Origin: Zancudomyces culisetae HAW-14-8
Taxonomy: Eukaryota > Fungi > Kickxellomycota
Direction of reading: 5' to 3'
DNA: 64,000 nucleotides
Assembly: GCA_052426225.1 (NCBI GenBank)
Contig: JBNJNM010000006.1
Coordinates: 1,054,001 to 1,118,000, forward strand
Of this stretch, positions 24,607 to 37,154 are shown piece after piece; position 1 is the first letter of the stretch; every line of letters begins with the position of its first letter. The position numbers and the translations under genes were made by a program. The notes beneath the pieces were generated by a model, which was not told the DNA's origin, did not search any database, and saw nothing but the letters and a program-made list of their open reading frames with translations.

Positions 24607-27247
24607 CTATTAGCAAACTTTCAGTTTATTAAGTCAATATTAAAGTTATAATAGAAAATCACAGGATTGAAACAAAATAGTAAAAAAGTCTTTATCGTTA
24701 AAAAAGTAGATTGACAAACTTAGTTTCCTGTCAGATGGAATCTTATAACCTTGTATACAATTAAGGTTATAGCAGAAATAGCGTTAAACTAACAATTAAT
24801 ATAATAAACTTATACATAATTGATTATTTACTAAATTATGGTTAAATATATAATGTAAATGGCTAGTATATTGAAGTTTTGAACTAATAAATCTAATTAG
24901 CATGAACTAGGATTTAATACATTGATATACATATTGATAAAACCAAATATATTCAAAATACCAAGCTACCAAAGTATAACAATTTAGAGTTAATACGTTA
25001 TCTCAGACCCATTAACGCATTTCACTTTCACAATGTCGAAATTCTCGTTTACAACCAAGTTGGTACTTAATTTAAAATGCATATTTAAAAATGAGTGACT
25101 ATAGTTTTGGGAGAATAAACTATAACACAAATACCCTTAACTCACATAACATCATCCCAGTTTTACAAGATATTTTCAAGTACCAGACAGAGCGTGACAA
25201 CGAGTTGAAAAAAACAAAACTGTTCAAAATACTGATTACACTTGCTAACCTAAGACATGGGAATCACGGTAATGGGGTTTTCAGTCATGATTTTTTCTTT
25301 TTAGTTAAACACCATTACACTTTATCAATCAACTACAACAACGGGTAGAACCATACATTTGCAACTTTCAGCACCGCGGAAAAAGATAGTTGGTGGATTA
25401 CAAATCGAAAAGATACAAGTCAAAAGTTATATCCACACCCATAATGATACTTGTGTAGTTTGTACAAAAATTATCACAGTAAGTCAGGATATGCAGAGTC
25501 GGAAATACAAGCTGAACAGTCATGTTTCTCGCACTTGAATACTTCCAAACACCCTTATCTTTTTTTAATGCTATTACAATAATACCGCCAGCTCAGCTCA
25601 GCTCAACCCAGCAAAATGTCACACTCATTCAGTTTTATTATAAAACAATAGTTTGTATGTAAAGATACTTAACTCAATGGTAGCAACTAAACATACTTCA
25701 GTATTATACTCAAATATGTTTTGGATATATTACATTTAGAAGCTGCTGAACCATACCGTCTGTGGCTATTTTTTAAAGAAAAACAACCACAAAATAGTCA
25801 AAAATACAATGCACAGAGTCCAAATACCATCCAGACTCATAATAGGTTTAATGTACTAGAAAATTATTGTAGAGGATATATTTTCTTGGTCTATTCAGCC
25901 ATGCGCAATGAACTAGCCCATTCAATCTGTCTGAAATTGGTATTCCACTCAAAAAGATTTAAAAACCACTTCAGTCGCTTTGCAATAAACCTTATTATCA
26001 TTGTTTATGGTTGCCAGAAAAAGCTTAATTTTGTACCATGTGGTGTTTACACTGTAAGCGTTATTATTTTATTTTGGAATACATAGTTCATACAGCATAT
26101 CCACATTTGCGTCTGTTAGAAGGAAAATAGTATTGGATATAATAACGATGTTTGGCTGCAAAAACGAGGCGGGCTGACCAAGAACAGAACCACCATATCA
26201 TAGCCCTTAATCATATTTTTGTTTCTAGAATAAAAATAGTTATTTTGTATTTAAAAAAATACGCTCGTAGGAATTCTCACAATGCTTAAAGAAACCAGCT
26301 ACCAGAATTTTAACCTGGTTGGCGTGTCTGGTTTTTATCTTTAAAATGGCTATTTTCTTTACTAACTCAACTTATGGCTAACAGTTAACACTGCACTAAA
26401 CCAATACCCAAAAAAGTCAGTTGTATAATATTATTGTGAGCTGAATTTTCTTTTTGGTTATGAGTAATTATATTTCAGCGTTCCTAGAACAGCCTTAATA
26501 CTGTTTCTGTATCTCTAACAAATAAAATCAAAAGTACAGGGATACTTTAACTTTAATAATAATATGCTGTACTTTTGCGTATTTCATAGTTTGTATAAAC
26601 CTAATTGATAGATTCGTGGTTTTAGAAGACATAATAAATCGAATACAACCTTGAAATTTTAGCAGTAAAACGTGGGCGCTATCAACCCCGACACGCTCAA
26701 AACTACTCCTTGCACTGTAGCCAGTGTATTCTCTCCCTCCTTTTTTTTTTGTAGCCTTTTCGAGGCCTAGCTAGTATCTTATCGATACCCAAAATCGATT
26801 GGTGCTTGTTCGTTCAAGTATAATGGTTTTGGTGGAGGGAAATACTCAGAGTAATGTGGTTTTAGCTGTGGTACAAAATAAAAACATTGTACAAACACCG
26901 GAGTGTGGAGATAGATTTATTCAAATAATCTAGATGTATGAATATATTTAAGATGTGTTATTATTGCAAGAACCAGACGTGCTTCAATATGGCAGTATGG
27001 TATTTCTGTTCTTCTGAACCACAATGGCAATATGCAAGGTACCTTCCAATAACGATTTTACTCGGGTATATATTGTGTATTAGTGTAATAACACTGTGAA
27101 TTGTGGAATTAACTCACTTCTCTGACAAAAGTATATAAGAGCAAGGTTTTTTCAAACATAGTTTAAAAACCACAAAACAGTATTCCAACAGGGAAAAAAA
27201 CAAATAAATCAAAACGACCCAAAAAATATAAAACCAGAAAAGCCAAA

Positions 27248-27781
27248 ATGCTCAAATCAGTTTTAGTCAGTGCCTTGCTTCTTGGCTCAACCCTGGCCAA
27301 CCCAGCAAACAACTGTGGTGCCCAACAGAAATATAACAACGATCTTGCCAATGCTGAAAATAAAGATAATATTGCTGGTTCTAAATACAACGATCTGACT
27401 GATGCTGAATACAATGAACTTGCTGATTCTGAATATGACGAACTTGCTGATTCTGAGTTCAATGACATGCATCATTGTTGTAGGCGCATGAAAACCACTG
27501 TTAGATTGTACAAGTCTCCCAGATTTTGTAGAAGATATGCTAAGCGCAGTATCAGAGTTGGAAAGTGCTACAATACAAGAAAATTCGGATCAATCAAGCT
27601 TGGAAGAAAAAGTGGGTTAGAGACGCCAGGAAAGGGAGTAATTGTGGTTTGTTCAGGAAAGGATTGTACCGGTGCATGCCAGGTAGTCCGTAGATCATCA
27701 TCCAAGACCATCAGAAATATACCTAAGGTTTTAGGAAGAAGAGCCATTTCATTTGCTTGGCTCATGGTTAGAAGAACCTAA
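27248..27781 (+). CDS. Secreted cationic beta/gamma-crystallin-like protein (copy B, 177 aa)
   Basis: Paralog of 8148-8705. It has one fewer 24-bp repeat and T>A, V>A, R>H and R>C substitutions plus several silent changes. Confidence 0.8.
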   Translation: MLKSVLVSALLLGSTLANPANNCGAQQKYNNDLANAENKDNIAGSKYNDLTDAEYNELADSEYDELADSEFNDMHHCCRRMKTTVRLYKSPRFCRRYAKRSIRVGKCYNTRKFGSIKLGRKSGLETPGKGVIVVCSGKDCTGACQVVRRSSSKTIRNIPKVLGRRAISFAWLMVRRT

Positions 27782-28610
27782 TTTGTAGGTTCTAGGGTTT
27801 TAACTTTTTAGACAGTGTATTAGTCATAGATTTTTAGCAATTGTTACAGTTTTTGAATTGAAAACACTTGAAAGTGGACTTGAAATAAAATCACTTTAAT
27901 AATCAGCTGCGGTTAGGGTACAATGGGAAAGATTCAAAGTGCATCACACTGTGTAAGGATAGGTGACAGCTATGAACTAAGAATTGTAGTGAGACCACAA
28001 AAAATATTGCTTTACTCCCAAGTATTCCTGAGTTTATAAAAAGGTTCTTGATCAGTTTCCAACACCTTGACACCATTCGTCACTGAAAGCCATAATCCAA
28101 GATTATATGAGCTGGTCATACCATTTTTAAGGTTCAGCTTTCAATGCTAGACATGTATCTACCAATATTCCCATATTATTCCCATTCGTCAATGCGTATT
28201 CTCAGAATTCCAAGATTTGTGAATTAGTGATTGAGGAGGCTTTACCATTGGCTTAGTTCACGCCAATAGTATAATTAAAAGTATGTCGGATTTGGCCAGG
28301 GCGATTGGGAATGTAAATCCATATTTATTAATAGAATTTTTGAAAATAAAGTGCATAATTGAGAATGAATTTTAGGGGCAAAAAAAAAGTTTGATCCAAT
28401 TATATTTGAAGAATGGCATTTTGAACCTTAATTCTATAGATTTGTTGATTAAAAGAATCCATTACTAACTGAAACAAATTACTTTTCATATAAAAGGTGT
28501 CTTTTTATAGCTTGTTTTATTGCTCCTATTACACGACAGTTCACAAAGATAAATCATATATCAACTGACCTAAGGCGAAAGCAAAAAAGAAACAAGAGAA
28601 GAACGACAAG

Positions 28611-29384
28611 ATGGCAAGTAGCAACTCAAATGATTGGAAAGACAGAAAACAACCAAAGGTGCTTTGTCTCTTTGATGTAGATGGTACACTGACACCAGCA
28701 CGAGGCAAGATCGGACAAGAAATGAAAGATAAACTCGCCAAACTACGCAAAGAATGTGTAGTTGGTTTTCTTGGTGGATCTAATTTTGTCAAGCAGATTG
28801 AGCAACTGGGAGCTGAGTGTGTGAATGAGTATGATTTCTGTTTCACCGAAAATGGATTAGTATCATACCGACTTGGTGTGGAATTGCCACAGGCAAGTTT
28901 TATTGGATTCTTGGGTGAAGATAGATACAAGAAGCTTGTGAATTTTATTCTTAGATACATTGCAGATCTGGACATCCCTATCAAAAGAGGAACTTTTGTG
29001 GAATTCCGAAATGGAATGATAAATGTGAGTCCAATTGGCCGAAATTGCTCACAAGCAGAGCGTAAAGAGTACGAAAAGTTTGATCTCGAACACAAAATCA
29101 GAGATACATTTGTCCAGCGATTGCGCGAAGAGTTCCCAGACTACGGCCTACAGTACTCGATTGGCGGTGAGATCTCGTTTGATGTTTTCCCTATAGGTTG
29201 GGACAAGACATATTCATTAAACCATCTTGTGAACGAGGGCTTTGAGTCCATTCATTTCTTTGGCGACAAGACATTCAAGGGAGGAAATGATTACGAGATG
29301 TTTACTCATGAAGGTGTTATTGGCCACACTGTGACTGACCCACTCGATACTATTAAACAGTTGTTCGAGCTTTTTGGAATCTAA
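28611..29384 (+). CDS. SEC53: Phosphomannomutase (HAD superfamily)
   Basis: Motifs [54 protein letters not shown] and [14 protein letters not shown]; 257 aa, intronless. Confidence 0.98.
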   Translation: MASSNSNDWKDRKQPKVLCLFDVDGTLTPARGKIGQEMKDKLAKLRKECVVGFLGGSNFVKQIEQLGAECVNEYDFCFTENGLVSYRLGVELPQASFIGFLGEDRYKKLVNFILRYIADLDIPIKRGTFVEFRNGMINVSPIGRNCSQAERKEYEKFDLEHKIRDTFVQRLREEFPDYGLQYSIGGEISFDVFPIGWDKTYSLNHLVNEGFESIHFFGDKTFKGGNDYEMFTHEGVIGHTVTDPLDTIKQLFELFGI

Positions 29385-29472
29385 ACTGCGTTTTTTTTTT
29401 GGCTTTCTATATTTTAGTTAATGTTTATAAAACCGGATAGTGTTATACGAAATAAAACTTAATACACAATAA

Positions 29473-31815
29473 TCAAACGCTATAAACACTCAAATACCCC
29501 TCGCGCTCTCCAACAGCTAAATGCATTGAATTTCCATCGGTATTAAAGAGTTTCAGGGCCGTAATAGTATCATTTGTAACCTTTCTACTGCTACTATAGC
29601 TATCTACTAAAGGAAACTCGGTAACACAGCGCATGGCTCTTGGATCCCAACACATTACATAGCCTGCACTGTTTCCTGTTACCAAAAGATTCCCACTAAA
29701 GTCGATCGCTGAGGTTCTGAAGTGTTTCTGAGCTGTCTGGATCTGAAAAGTGCCCAAAATCTTATTACTATGTCGAAAGTCCATGTATAGGATCTGGTTG
29801 TTTTCAGATAACGCAAACGTCAGACCTGAAAAATCTGTAGACGACTTTGGATTTCCGGATGGCGGCAGTGGAGATGAAACTATACGCAGTATTCTGGAGT
29901 CTTTGCCTATATATCAAATTATCGCTTGTATTTAGTAACATAGTGAGGATAAAGGAATATAGAGAATCAACAGTATTAGAGTATAATTACCAGGAATAAA
30001 GTTTGTAGCTTTTCCATAATCACAATCAAAGCTAACAATGTCGCCACTGGTATAAGCCACGATTACCGAGTTGCGGGTAAAAGATTGTCTACAAAGTGAC
30101 GACACTGCTCCACGGTCTATCCGGTTATCATTAGATGAAAACATTTAGAAATAAGCAAGGGTACAAACATAAATACACACCAATAATTTCATTGTTAAAG
30201 AAAGACGTACCTTTGGGATTAAGCAATTTTGCGTAAGCTTCACCGCTCCCAGTGGAACTATTTATGTCCCAAAGTTTACAAGTACCATCAGCCGAGCCCG
30301 ATACCAAAATATATTCGTGTTCATCGTCATGTTTGGATTCGTGTAAGCCTGATTCAGTATCATCTAGTGCAAGTGGTTCGACTGATCCATTCCCACTTTC
30401 CTTTGGGATCAGAGCTAAATCCCAAACTACATCTGAATGATCTAAAAACTCCGCGTATCCAAAGATATTGACTCTGTGGCTCTTGTTTGTTAGTTTATGC
30501 TTGTAAATCATGCTATCCATTCCTGCTGAATACCCAAACCCCCCACTCTCGTCAAACATTGCTCGAGTCACGCCTGCCACATGTCCCCGATACACTGAAG
30601 TCGGCATTGTGTGCTTCTCTACCATTTGCTGTCCATCTGTCGGGAAATCCCACAGCTTGACTAATCTATCCTCTGACCCGCTCAGTATCTGGATACTGGC
30701 TTGTGGTTTTTTTTGTGTTTGTGCCTTTATCTTTTTGTGCATATCATTTGTCACTTTAACATCCAGCGAGTTTACTGCATCCAAATGTGCTTTGACCCTG
30801 CCCCTAAACCTACGAACTGCCTCCTCGTTGCCTCCTTTGCTAGTAATTTTTCCTGCACCGCGTTCACTAACTATCTCTGTACTTTGTGTTCTATGTCTAA
30901 TTCCTGGGCCATTGGCCGTTCCCCCAGGTTGTTTTATATGCTCAGTATCATCCGATGCCGCCTTATTCTCCAAAAAGTTCCCTCTATTTACACCCGCTAG
31001 AGGCATCCCAAATTTCTGAGCCTCTTGTTGCATCCCAGACTTGCTTTTTTCCACTCTCGAAAACTCTATCACTTTGTTTATGGTCTTTATTTCCTTTTTC
31101 GCTTCTTTTGTTACAGTGGAAACGCCACTGGGACCGCTTTCTCTCGTCGTGAAGCTTTTTTCTTGAGTAGTATTAGCTCCAAGCAGCAGCATTCCAGTAT
31201 CTCTACTATCGTTTTTTTTTTCTCCGCCACCTGCATTGATAATTGAGGCTTCCTCCCCTCCATCCTTGGCCTTGGCGATACTCTTTTCTCTCCTCGTTTT
31301 TAAGTTATCCTGCTGTATCAGTCTACTTTTTTTTCGCATTCTATACTCTTTCAAAAGCTTCCCGATGTCTACGGAGCTGCTATAGTAGTACCGATAACAA
31401 TTACGTCACGGATTATCGGGATTTTATAGCTGAATATGCACTTATAATCCTTACCTCTGTTCGTCTATAGTTATCCTGTCCTTGTTATCAATTATTATTT
31501 TTTCCAGCATTTCTACCCGCCTTTTATATATTTCAACTTGTTCTAAAAGCCGTTTATTAACTCCGCCCAAGTATACTACCTGTGCCTAAAATATTGGTGA
31601 CCAAACACTATTACTATGCTTGCTTTACACAGCTTTCGACTAAACAATTTTTCGATTTAATCAAACCATTTCGTTTTTATATATTTGTTCTATTATATTC
31701 ACTGTACCTTTGTTTTTGTCAATTCATTTTCCCGATTCTGCCCCTCTTCATCCGCTTTTTTCCATTCACAGTACAATTTTTCCAACAGAATTGGCACCGC
31801 TTCCTCTTGTATCAT
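29473..31815 (-). CDS. Striatin-like (Far8/PRO11 family) WD40 protein, 5 exons
   Basis: ATG at 31815. Introns at about 31707-31586, 31454-31380, 30180-30117 and 29990-29907 give one frame. N-terminal striatin-type coiled coil (LEKLYCEWKKADEE...YKRRVEMLEK), low-complexity linker, WD repeats (AHLDAVNSL, LSGSEDRLVKLWD, HSDVVWDL, SGSADGTCKLWD). Confidence 0.8.
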
Positions 31816-32820
31816 ATTTATCCCCTCGTCTCCCTCTAGCTTTATTTTACTTTTTGGCTTAGCCTGTCGCTTTTTGGGCGCCAGTAAATTCTATTACTTG
31901 TTTAAATTTCACTAACAAACACCATATATTCGCTTTTTTTTCGATGTAAAAGCAAACAGGGGATCTGGTTTACAATGTAAATATCTTGGGTGTTTCCAGA
32001 TTTATTCCTACACACCCAATGATTACCCCTTTGGTATCGACTCTTAGTCCTTTCTTTTCGTGGAATAACCTCCGTGTTGATTTTTTATTTATCTATATAT
32101 CTGTTCTGCTTCTTTGGTCAAAGCACACAATCAGCAATTCTGGTAAAGAGGTTGGGGTTTAGCTATCCAATAACTATGGTAGCAAATCAGATGATATGAA
32201 AAAAAAAAACATTGCAAAGCTACATAAAATCACGAGGATTTGTGTTCAAGTGGTTCGATTTTGCCTTCCACTAATTTTCTTGGGGTTCTCAAATGAACCC
32301 AAGTCCTGTTTAAATAGCTGACTTCCAAAGCCACAGCATTTATATCTAGTACTATTGTGAGTGCTAAGTGTTTACACCCCACGTGTGCAAGTATTAAATA
32401 TATATCATTACTGTGTGTTTTATGCACGCGTTGTTTGGTTTCCTACAGTTGTGCAAAAAGTAAAAAATATTTGATTTTTCTATATAATATTCCATTAAAG
32501 AAATGTAAGATGTTCATTGATGAGGGTAGTAAAAATGCCAAAGCAAGCCATACTATGTTTAAACTAGATATGTATACAGTCTTTTCTTACCTATTTCTCT
32601 ATTATCTATTTAAATACGCATTTGGATAGTAGTAGGTTCATATTGTTGACTTTTTGTTCGAATAAACCAAACTAAATTAAAATACAAGGACAAAAGTTCT
32701 GCATTGGAAGAAATGATGAAAAGTGTTTGTAAATAAAAAGTATAAACCCCATCTTGTATTATTCTATATTATAAATTGGATACCGTCAAATATCGAAATA
32801 TCTATTCTTATATTTACAAA

Positions 32821-32863
32821 AATAAAAATAAAAGTAAAAGTAAAAGTAAAAGTAAAAGTAAAA
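32821..32863 (+). repeat. (AAAAGT)n / (AAAAAT)n microsatellite; (GAG)n at about 32939-32960 and (AAAACACAAC)n at about 33211-33243 nearby
   Basis: Directly visible tandem units. Confidence 0.85.
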
Positions 32864-34914
32864 ACTCAACACCCAAGGACCCAGTTTTTTATGTCTTATT
32901 AACTTGACTCTTAAAGCCTTTTTCGCTTATGTTGAGAAGAGGAGGAGGAGGAGGAGGAGGGGAAGAAATTTTAATTTTTTTTTAACTCAGCCTTTTATTT
33001 TCTTGCAGGCCGGAAGAATATACTATTCAACAAGCATAAAACGCGAGAAAAAACGCCATTACCATCAAAAAATAAAACGACTTTATACTTCTAGCATTAC
33101 AGGTATCTTTTACCTTATTAGAAATTAATCTCTCTCTCGACAAGTTTTATACCCATGTTTTTTGTGGTAAAATACCTCCTCTTTCACATAAAATCAAACC
33201 AAATCAAATCAAAACACAACAAAACACAACAAAACACAACAAAAGCAATCCAAAAAAAACAATAGCTAATTACCAGCCGCTTGTTGTACATAGTAACATT
33301 ACACATTTACCTTTTAGAGAACTGGTGTGATTTTGAGGGAATGGGAAGAGTTTTGATTCTATAAGCAGCGAGTGTGTTAACTGACAATAGACAGATATTT
33401 TCTATTTCATTTAAAGTTTGTCTTTCTTTTTCCTTTGTCAATTTGTGTATCGTTCTAAAAATAGATTAATTCTAATAAAAGTTAAACTACCAGTAATCGA
33501 CTTGAATGGTAAGATAAATATCATGCATTACGTTAAAAAAAATAAACGGGGCCTGTGAATTAATAGAACCACTTGAATATACCTCAATGTATAGTGGCAG
33601 GGAAAAGGTTATTTATTTTTTGGAACACAGAGGGCTGGGAGGAGGGGGGGGTGGGGTAAATGAGAATTCCAGTTGAGCAAATCGGGTAAATAGAAAACTC
33701 TGATAAACCCTATCCAACCTGTATTACAAAATTGTGTAGAAATAAAGCTTAACCTCACTCCCCTCCCCCCTTTTCCCCAACTCGTCAATCCTAACCCCAC
33801 CCCACCCCTTTAGCTCTTATCCATTCATCCTTATACCTTCTCCCTTACTCACCATATTACTCCGTCTCACCCTTTTCTTTTTACGAAAAGAAAAGTATAT
33901 CCCATAACAATGAGTGTGGGTGGATTGATATTAATATGGTAACGTGTTCCAATTTGGGGTTTAGTTTTCTTCGTAGGCATAAGGTGAGAGGGGAAGTTAA
34001 CATAAACCCTTGAAATATTTTATTAGAGTCGTTGTGCCATTTAAACTTGGGATCCCGGTTTTGAAAGAGTACAAAGGTAAAAAAAGCATAAACATGCTAA
34101 ATATAAGCACTATTATAATTGCTCAACTTTTCGAGAACCAAGCCATCGGCATCGTCTTTATCTATTATGTTGTCATTTTCGAGCTGTAAAGTAATATAAT
34201 TATAACTACATATTGATAACTTTTTTGAAAAGTTTTTTTATGATTGATAGAATGGGAGGATATTGTGTGTGTTATCCTAGTTTGTTGAATAAATTAAACT
34301 AAGGTTTATCTTGAAAAAAAAAAACTATACAAAAAAATAGCTAGTGGGAAAAAAAAAATAACCCTGGTAACCATTAAAGCTCAATGTATAAATAGAAAAT
34401 ATCAACCAGCTGGAAAAAATATAGTAAAGAATGAAAAAAAATGAAAAAAAACACTTACATAATATTATGTAATGTAATCAAATAGAACACTAATAATAGC
34501 TTAAAGACCGGTATAATTTTCCACTTGATATGTGATTTTTCATTACCAGTTTGTTCTCTTTTTTATTTTTTTTATACATCAAGTATAAAGATAAATAACC
34601 CATATAACTAACAGACAGCGGAAAAGATAAATACCCGTTATAAACTGGTTGTGGAAAAAAAAAAAAACGCATTCCCCTTTCTTTTATTATATTCTTAATA
34701 TCGTATTTCGAAATAACAACCATATTCTAGTTTGCCAAAAAAAAAAAATAATAATAAATAAAGGTTAAGCAAAAGTAAAAAATAAAACAAGTAGTAGTAG
34801 AAATTGTAGTAGGGAAAAGTTCAAAGATTTAAAATTACATCAATAGAGTACAAGACAGAAAGAAAAAAACAAAAAACAGAAAACAAAAACAAAAACTAGA
34901 TATAATAATAAAAC

Positions 34915-35115
34915 ATGTACAACATAATAAGAACGCCACTGACCGTTCTGTATATAGTTTCATTTCTATTTGCAAATGGAGATTTGGTCAAGGATAAGAA
35001 CGAAAACCAGGCAAAAAGCGACTTGAAGGCAGGATATATCGATGCCAATAATGACGTTGGTTATGGACATGTAACAAATGATGATACCGACTTTGCTCTT
35101 AGAAAAAGAGGAGGA

Positions 35116-35151
<36 letters not shown>

Positions 35152-36654
35152 AAAGATAGTGGTGGTACAGAGGGCGGTAAAGCGGAGTTTTTTGGTAGGG
35201 GGTTCGTGAGATCATCCGTGAGTTCTAATCAAGATATACTGATGGAGGCAGGGTTTATCGCCAGTTTGAATTTTATGGATAGCAGCAAGGTAAACCATAG
35301 GCTATGTGGAGCCACCATTATAGCGGACAATTTGGTGATTACATCTGCAGCGTGTGTGGAGAGTGCACAAAAGTACATGGATAAAAGTAAACAGACTAGT
35401 AGTGCCAATACCAATACCAATACCAGTGCCAGCAGTAATGACAATGGTAGTAGTAATGGTAGTAATAATGGTAGTGCTGATATTGGTGGTGGTCATTACA
35501 ATTTGTTTATTAGTGGTAAGGAGCGATTTGTCCAAAAGACTGATTTTGATGGGGTTCCAATTGAAAAGCTAGTTAAAGACACGGGTTCAAATTTGGCGTT
35601 GATGATTATAAATCCAAAGTATATAAACGAGTACAACGATTCTATATCATTATCAAGTTCAACAGGACCACAAACATCAACAACTGAAAATGCTGATAGC
35701 GATACAAATAATAGTAACAATAACAACAGTACAAGCAAGAATAATGGTAATAGTGGTGAATCTATAGATGTGCACATTACACCAATACGACCATCTGTTA
35801 GGAACCTGGGACAACCATTCAGCGGGATCAGGATAAACACCAATTCTGGGGTATATAGTGATGCGGTACTACCAGTACTTTCGTATGTCTCACTGGCGAG
35901 CAACAGCGGATGTCTGGAAAACCCGAATGCATCTAAAATGGGGTTCAATGACCAAAACGGAACCATGATTTGCACATTACCAATGAATGGTGATTCGTAC
36001 CTTACTCCAGCACAAAAGAAAACGTGTTATGAAGCCCAGGACGATAACAGCGAGGAGTTGGGTGGGGATCCGATAATTGCATTTACAGCGGCAAGGGATG
36101 ATATAGTACTGGTAGGGATAACAGGTAATCTCATCCCACAAGTTCCAGCCAGCTCGCCATCATCATCACCATCATCATCACCACCATTATCATCATCACC
36201 ACCATTATCATCATCACCACCATCATCACCACCATTATCATCATCACCATCATTATCAAGCAGTATTGCGTGTAACGACATATTCAACTCTATGAGGCTA
36301 AATGTAAGGCTGGGGAAATATATCGGAGCGCTATCCGCATATTCAAACAAGACAGTGGGCGAGATTGCGTCTACTAGTGCATTGTCTGGTGCAAAAGTGG
36401 ATACCGCACCGACCCCGGATATACAGGCGCTGTTGGATTCCATCGACCAGGACATAATCGACACTAGAAAAAATTTCACTCTTGCCCAGAACACCCAAAA
36501 CACTCAGAACACTCAGGATACTCAGAACAGTAGTGGTAACAGCCTTGGAAGAGGAGGTAGAGGGTTTGGGTTTGGGTTTGTGTTTGGTTTTGGTTTTAGC
36601 CATGTATCCTTGGCCATTGTGGCTTGTAATTTTTTGTTTTTAGTATTGATTTAA
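34915..36654 (+). CDS. Secreted, probably GPI-anchored, catalytically inactive trypsin-fold (S1) protein, 579 aa
   Basis: Signal peptide, LRKR dibasic site, HRLCGATIIADNLVITSAAC (S1 CGG..LI....VLTAAHC motif), MICT, TC, GGDP, LVGI, hydrophobic C-terminus. Microsatellite-encoded GA, NT, SSSPP and GF tracts. Confidence 0.8.
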
Positions 36655-36892
36655 GTGCATTTATAACAATCAAAGCAAATGAGATGAAAAGATTAATTCC
36701 TTTTTATACTAATGGGGTGAGGTGAGGGGAGGTAATTAGATTTAGATATATAAATAAGACTTTTCTTTATTCTTTATTCTTTTTTTTTATATATTTTTTT
36801 TATATGTGATTTCAAAGATGAACTAATAAATCTGTAAAAGCCACAAAAAAAAAAAGAGAAAAAAATAAAGAAAAAAAGAAAGAAAGAAAAAG

Positions 36893-37110
36893 TTATTTAT
36901 TAGATAAAAGTTTTTCCAATAAAGAAATCTTGTTGTTGAGAAAAGAAATATGTTTGTTTTTCTGATCGAGTTGCAACTGTAATTCGGATAAGTCGGGGCA
37001 GGGATCATTAAGCAAGGAGGAGGAGATTGTGGAAGAAGAGTTGTGAGAATCAGAACAAGAAGAAGCGTTTGTGTTTATGTTTGTGTTTTTTGTGTTGTTT
37101 GTGGTAGATT

Positions 37111-37154
<44 letters not shown>

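Larger units (their letters stand above)
19101..27942 (+). repeat. Copy 2 of the tandem segmental duplication
   Basis: Matches 1-8865 (identical by eye to 27318, diverged thereafter). Confidence 0.97.
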
